Of a stretch of 63,874 nucleotides of DNA, positions 61,666-63,874 are shown piece after piece (position 1 is the stretch's first letter; every line of letters begins with the position of its first letter). The stretch is from positions 50,174,644-50,238,517 of the forward strand of contig JARDVH010000099.1 in the NCBI GenBank assembly GCA_030324005.1. Reading direction: 5' to 3'. Source of the stretch: Negaprion brevirostris. Lineage: Eukaryota. The notes under the pieces are model-generated. The model was not told where the DNA came from. It worked only from the letters and a program-made list of their open reading frames with translations, and made no database searches. Position numbers and translations under genes: made by a program.

Positions 61666-63774
61666 CTATGAACAATGACATTGAAATTAGTTAGAAATAC
61701 TTCTGAAAGAAAAGCCTTGACAGTTTGTACCAATATTTTGAACATAAAATTAAGGCTTGAGGCACAGATCAGTCCAACATTTAGTAGGCTTATCTTAATA
61801 TAGAGCAGTTAGATTCCTGCAATGAAAATGTATAATTTTTTGCAAAATATGTAAAAAGTAACATTTTTTCATAAGATAATTTGCTCACAAGTATCACTCT
61901 TTTAATATTTGCAGAAAGGATAATCAATTCCCAATTATTTTGAACCACGTTTATGTATGTAATGATGCAAAGTTAGTTTGATGAGATGACGGTTTCAAGA
62001 TCTTTATGTCTCACCTCAATCTCTCTCACAATTCAGTACAAATTGGCAATGTCAATCAGGGAAATCATTAAAGTAGACCCTTACAGAGAAATAAAATGTC
62101 ACCAATATTGTACATACAATACTGAGGTTGTGGTTAAGACACAATCTTGGCACAGAGCAAAAAGGAGCTTTGCAATACCCCATCAATACAGGGTCAAAAT
62201 TGATACTGATATGGGGGTGAATTTCTGAATTCACCCACTTCCACAACGTTAAAGTTGGATCCCGGGTGTAGAGGTGATCCATTCTTAACCAACAACTTTC
62301 GCCTTGATTATAACCAAAATATATCAACAGTATTTCACAAAGTTATGTGCCACTTTAGGCTGAGATGATTTAACAATCCTTGGATAGTTTTGTAATGTAC
62401 TGTTGAGTATTTAATTTATTCAAAGCAGGCTAATAATTGAGTAAATGATTTAGCAGAAATTATTTNNNNNNNNNNNNNNNNNNNNNNNNNNNNNNNNNNN
62501 NNNNNNNNNNNNNNNNNNNNNNNNNNNNNNNNNNNNNNNNNNNNNNNNNNNNNNNNNNNNNNNNNNNNNNNNNNNNNNNNNNNNNNNNNNNNNNNNNNNN
62601 NNNNNNNNNNNNNNNNNNNNNNNNNNNNNNNNNNNNNNNNNNNNNNNNNNNNNNNNNNNNNNNNNNNNNNNNNNNNNNNNNNNNNNNNNNNNNNNNNNNN
62701 NNNNNNNNNNNNNNNNNNNNNNNNNNNNNNNNNNNNNNNNNNNNNNNNNNNNNNNNNNNNNNNNNNNNNNNNNNNNNNNNNNNNNNNNNNNNNNNNNNNN
62801 NNNNNNNNNNNNNNNNNNNNNNNNNNNNNNNNNNNNNNNNNNNNNNNNNNNNNNNNNNNNNNNNNNNNNNNNNNNNNNNNNNNNNNNNNNNNNNNNNNNN
62901 NNNNNNNNNNNNNNNNNNNNNNNNNNNNNNNNNNNNNNNNNNNNNNNNNNNNNNNNNNNNNNNNNNNNNNNNNNNNNNNNNNNNNNNNNNNNNNNNNNNN
63001 NNNNNNNNNNNNNNNNNNNNNNNNNNNNNNNNNNNNNNNNNNNNNNNNNNNNNNNNNNNNNNNNNNNNNNNNNNNNNNNNNNNNNNNNNNNNNNNNNNNN
63101 NNNNNNNNNNNNNNNNNNNNNNNNNNNNNNNNNNNNNNNNNNNNNNNNNNNNNNNNNNNNNNNNNNNNNNNNNNNNNNNNNNNNNNNNNNNNNNNNNNNN
63201 NNNNNNNNNNNNNNNNNNNNNNNNNNNNNNNNNNNNNNNNNNNNNNNNNNNNNNNNNNNNNNNNNNNNNNNNNNNNNNNNNNNNNNNNNNNNNNNATGAG
63301 ATTGTGGGACAAGTCAAGTCAGTAGACTTACTGCCTTCAAATTCTGCACTAGGGACACACATATGTATCTCACTTTTCTCTCCACAGCTTTCCTTGGCCA
63401 CATCACTACATTGTTGAACAAGGTGTATTCAACCTGATAGTGTCAATGTAAAATGAGGGCAAAAAAAAACTTGTCAAAATGTTATGTGATGTTGCCAATT
63501 GTTTTAGCAACTAAAACAAGTGACAGACTTGTAACTATCAATGCTTTAACCTAATGTTAAACAGCACAAATTTGGTTGATTATCAACATTTTCACAGAAG
63601 ACAGTTAAAAAAAAACTCATTCATTTCTGAATTTTTCGATTGTGATTTTTGTAAGGTGATGCTGGGTTCATTAAAGTCGCATAACTTAGGAACCCACTCC
63701 TAATCAGATTCGCGAACATACAGAAACCAGATTTTACATGATGTTTTCTTGAAGAACATGTCAATAGTTTCTTT

Positions 63775-63874
63775 ATTCATTCATGGGATGTGAATGGTAC
63801 AGGCAAGGTTAGCTTTATTGCTCATGCCTAATAACCCTCAAGTAGGTGATGGTGAGCCAGATTCTTGAATTGTT
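63775..63874 (-). mobile_element. LINE/SINE 3' tail of the 7215/2215 type, truncated by window end
   Basis: TTCATTCATGGGATGTG...GGCAAGG..AGCTTTATTGC...GGTGATGGTGAGCC...TTCTTGAA. Confidence 0.65.

Noticed and set aside
62416-63401. Long ORFs here and at 6090-6727 and 44186-44915
   Set aside because: They consist almost entirely of N-gap translation.

Overview
This is eukaryotic, vertebrate DNA, almost certainly from a shark or other elasmobranch. The evidence is HE1-type V-SINEs, Deu-SINE remnants and abundant CR1, Rex1 and Penelope-like fragments. It is a draft assembly with about ten N gaps. The whole window lies inside PTPN14 on the minus strand. The first coding exon is 61355-61528 (174 nt) and the next is 25153-25322 (170 nt, absent from the ORF track). 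They are separated by a ~36 kb phase-0 intron and followed by more than 25 kb of the next intron. Nearly all other listed ORFs are spurious or transposon debris. The most unusual object is at 9583-10080 (minus). There an uninterrupted R2-type reverse-transcriptase fragment is followed, across a gap, by the 28S rRNA segment just downstream of the canonical R2 target site. This looks like an R2-plus-28S cassette displaced from rDNA into an intron. Other notable signals: (1) Penelope-end hammerhead motifs in head-to-head palindromic insertions, one with an intact core on the PTPN14 sense strand; (2) a ~207 bp local inverted duplication; (3) a candidate 9-nt in-frame microexon; (4) a triple-acceptor poison-exon candidate; (5) a dense TEAD-motif cluster; (6) two different 3' tails on one SINE head. 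Repeat boundaries are approximate and family names come from recognition, not database searches.
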